NCBI GenBank assembly: GCA_963723515.1
Contig: CAVRQT010000003.1
Location: 672,001-736,000, forward strand
DNA from: Vulcanimicrobiota bacterium
GTDB lineage: Bacteria > Vulcanimicrobiota > Vulcanimicrobiia > Vulcanimicrobiales > Vulcanimicrobiaceae
DNA: 64,000 bases
Direction of reading: 5' to 3'
Within the stretch, counting starts at the first letter, position 1. Each line of letters starts with the position of its first letter. Positions 63,712-64,000 of this stretch are shown piece after piece. Position numbers and translations under genes: made by a program. Below the pieces are notes generated by a model. The model searched no databases, had not been told where the DNA came from, and saw nothing but the letters and a program-made list of their open reading frames with translations.

Positions 63712-63986
63712 CGCTTTTTTCCGGCGCTTTCACGCCGGAGCGGACTCTATCTTCATCCAGTAAGAGAATCGCGGACGATTCAACTCGTTTCTGGAGCTCA
63801 GCGTATAGTCTCTGAGGATCCTCCGCATCAACAGATGCGAAGTTTCCTGCGGATTGTCCAATCCCAAACCATTGTTACTGCTCGTTAATGCAAACGAACG
63901 AGTAGGTTGGGCTCTAAAGGATATTCCCGCATACAGCTGAGTTGATCGATCGCACGTTACCGCGCGACGAGGCAACGATTGTTGTC
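63712..63986 (-). ncRNA. Group I intron (275 nt, no homing endonuclease) at 23S site L1931
   Basis: Exon CCUAAGGU|GACAAC...AAAGCG|AGCGAAAUUCC; IGS GCCU; P UAUGCGGGAA, Q AAUCCGCAGG, R UCAGAGACUAUA, S AAGAUAGAGUCC. Confidence 0.95.
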
Positions 63987-64000
63987 ACCTTAGGACGGTT

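Overview
GC-rich bacterial chromosome segment made mostly of core genes. It combines Terrabacteria traits (cdaA-cdaR-glmM, a c-di-AMP riboswitch, a SigB/F-type sigma factor) with outer-membrane traits (Mla/MCE system, secretin), so it is probably a diderm Terrabacteria lineage such as Eremiobacterota/WPS-2 (inference only). Gene order: gmk-rpoZ-glmS-M23 peptidase-rph-mlaEFD-panE; a Xer recombinase with an adjacent dif-like site and repeats; mdh, citrate synthase and glcF; a histone-like DUF6496 gene; gdh; tRNA-Gln; an NlpC/P60 gene under a c-di-AMP riboswitch; glmM-cdaR-cdaA; rpsT; phaC; priA; aroBKC; a reduced pilM-secretin operon with a sigma factor; ftsZAQ; dnaE; a type-E succinate dehydrogenase; pckA; PPi-PFK; mtnBDC; then 5S rRNA and the 3' part of 23S rRNA on the minus strand. 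The most notable items are two ORF-less group I introns in the 23S gene (one at the known L1931 site, one at an unusual site after U2473), a 28-bp 11-6-11 dif-like site directly upstream of the Xer gene followed by two inverted partial copies, and a c-di-AMP synthase operon that runs straight into a c-di-AMP riboswitch controlling a cell-wall hydrolase. Many single-base frameshifts, including in housekeeping genes such as rpsT and glmM, point to an error-prone assembly rather than real pseudogenes.
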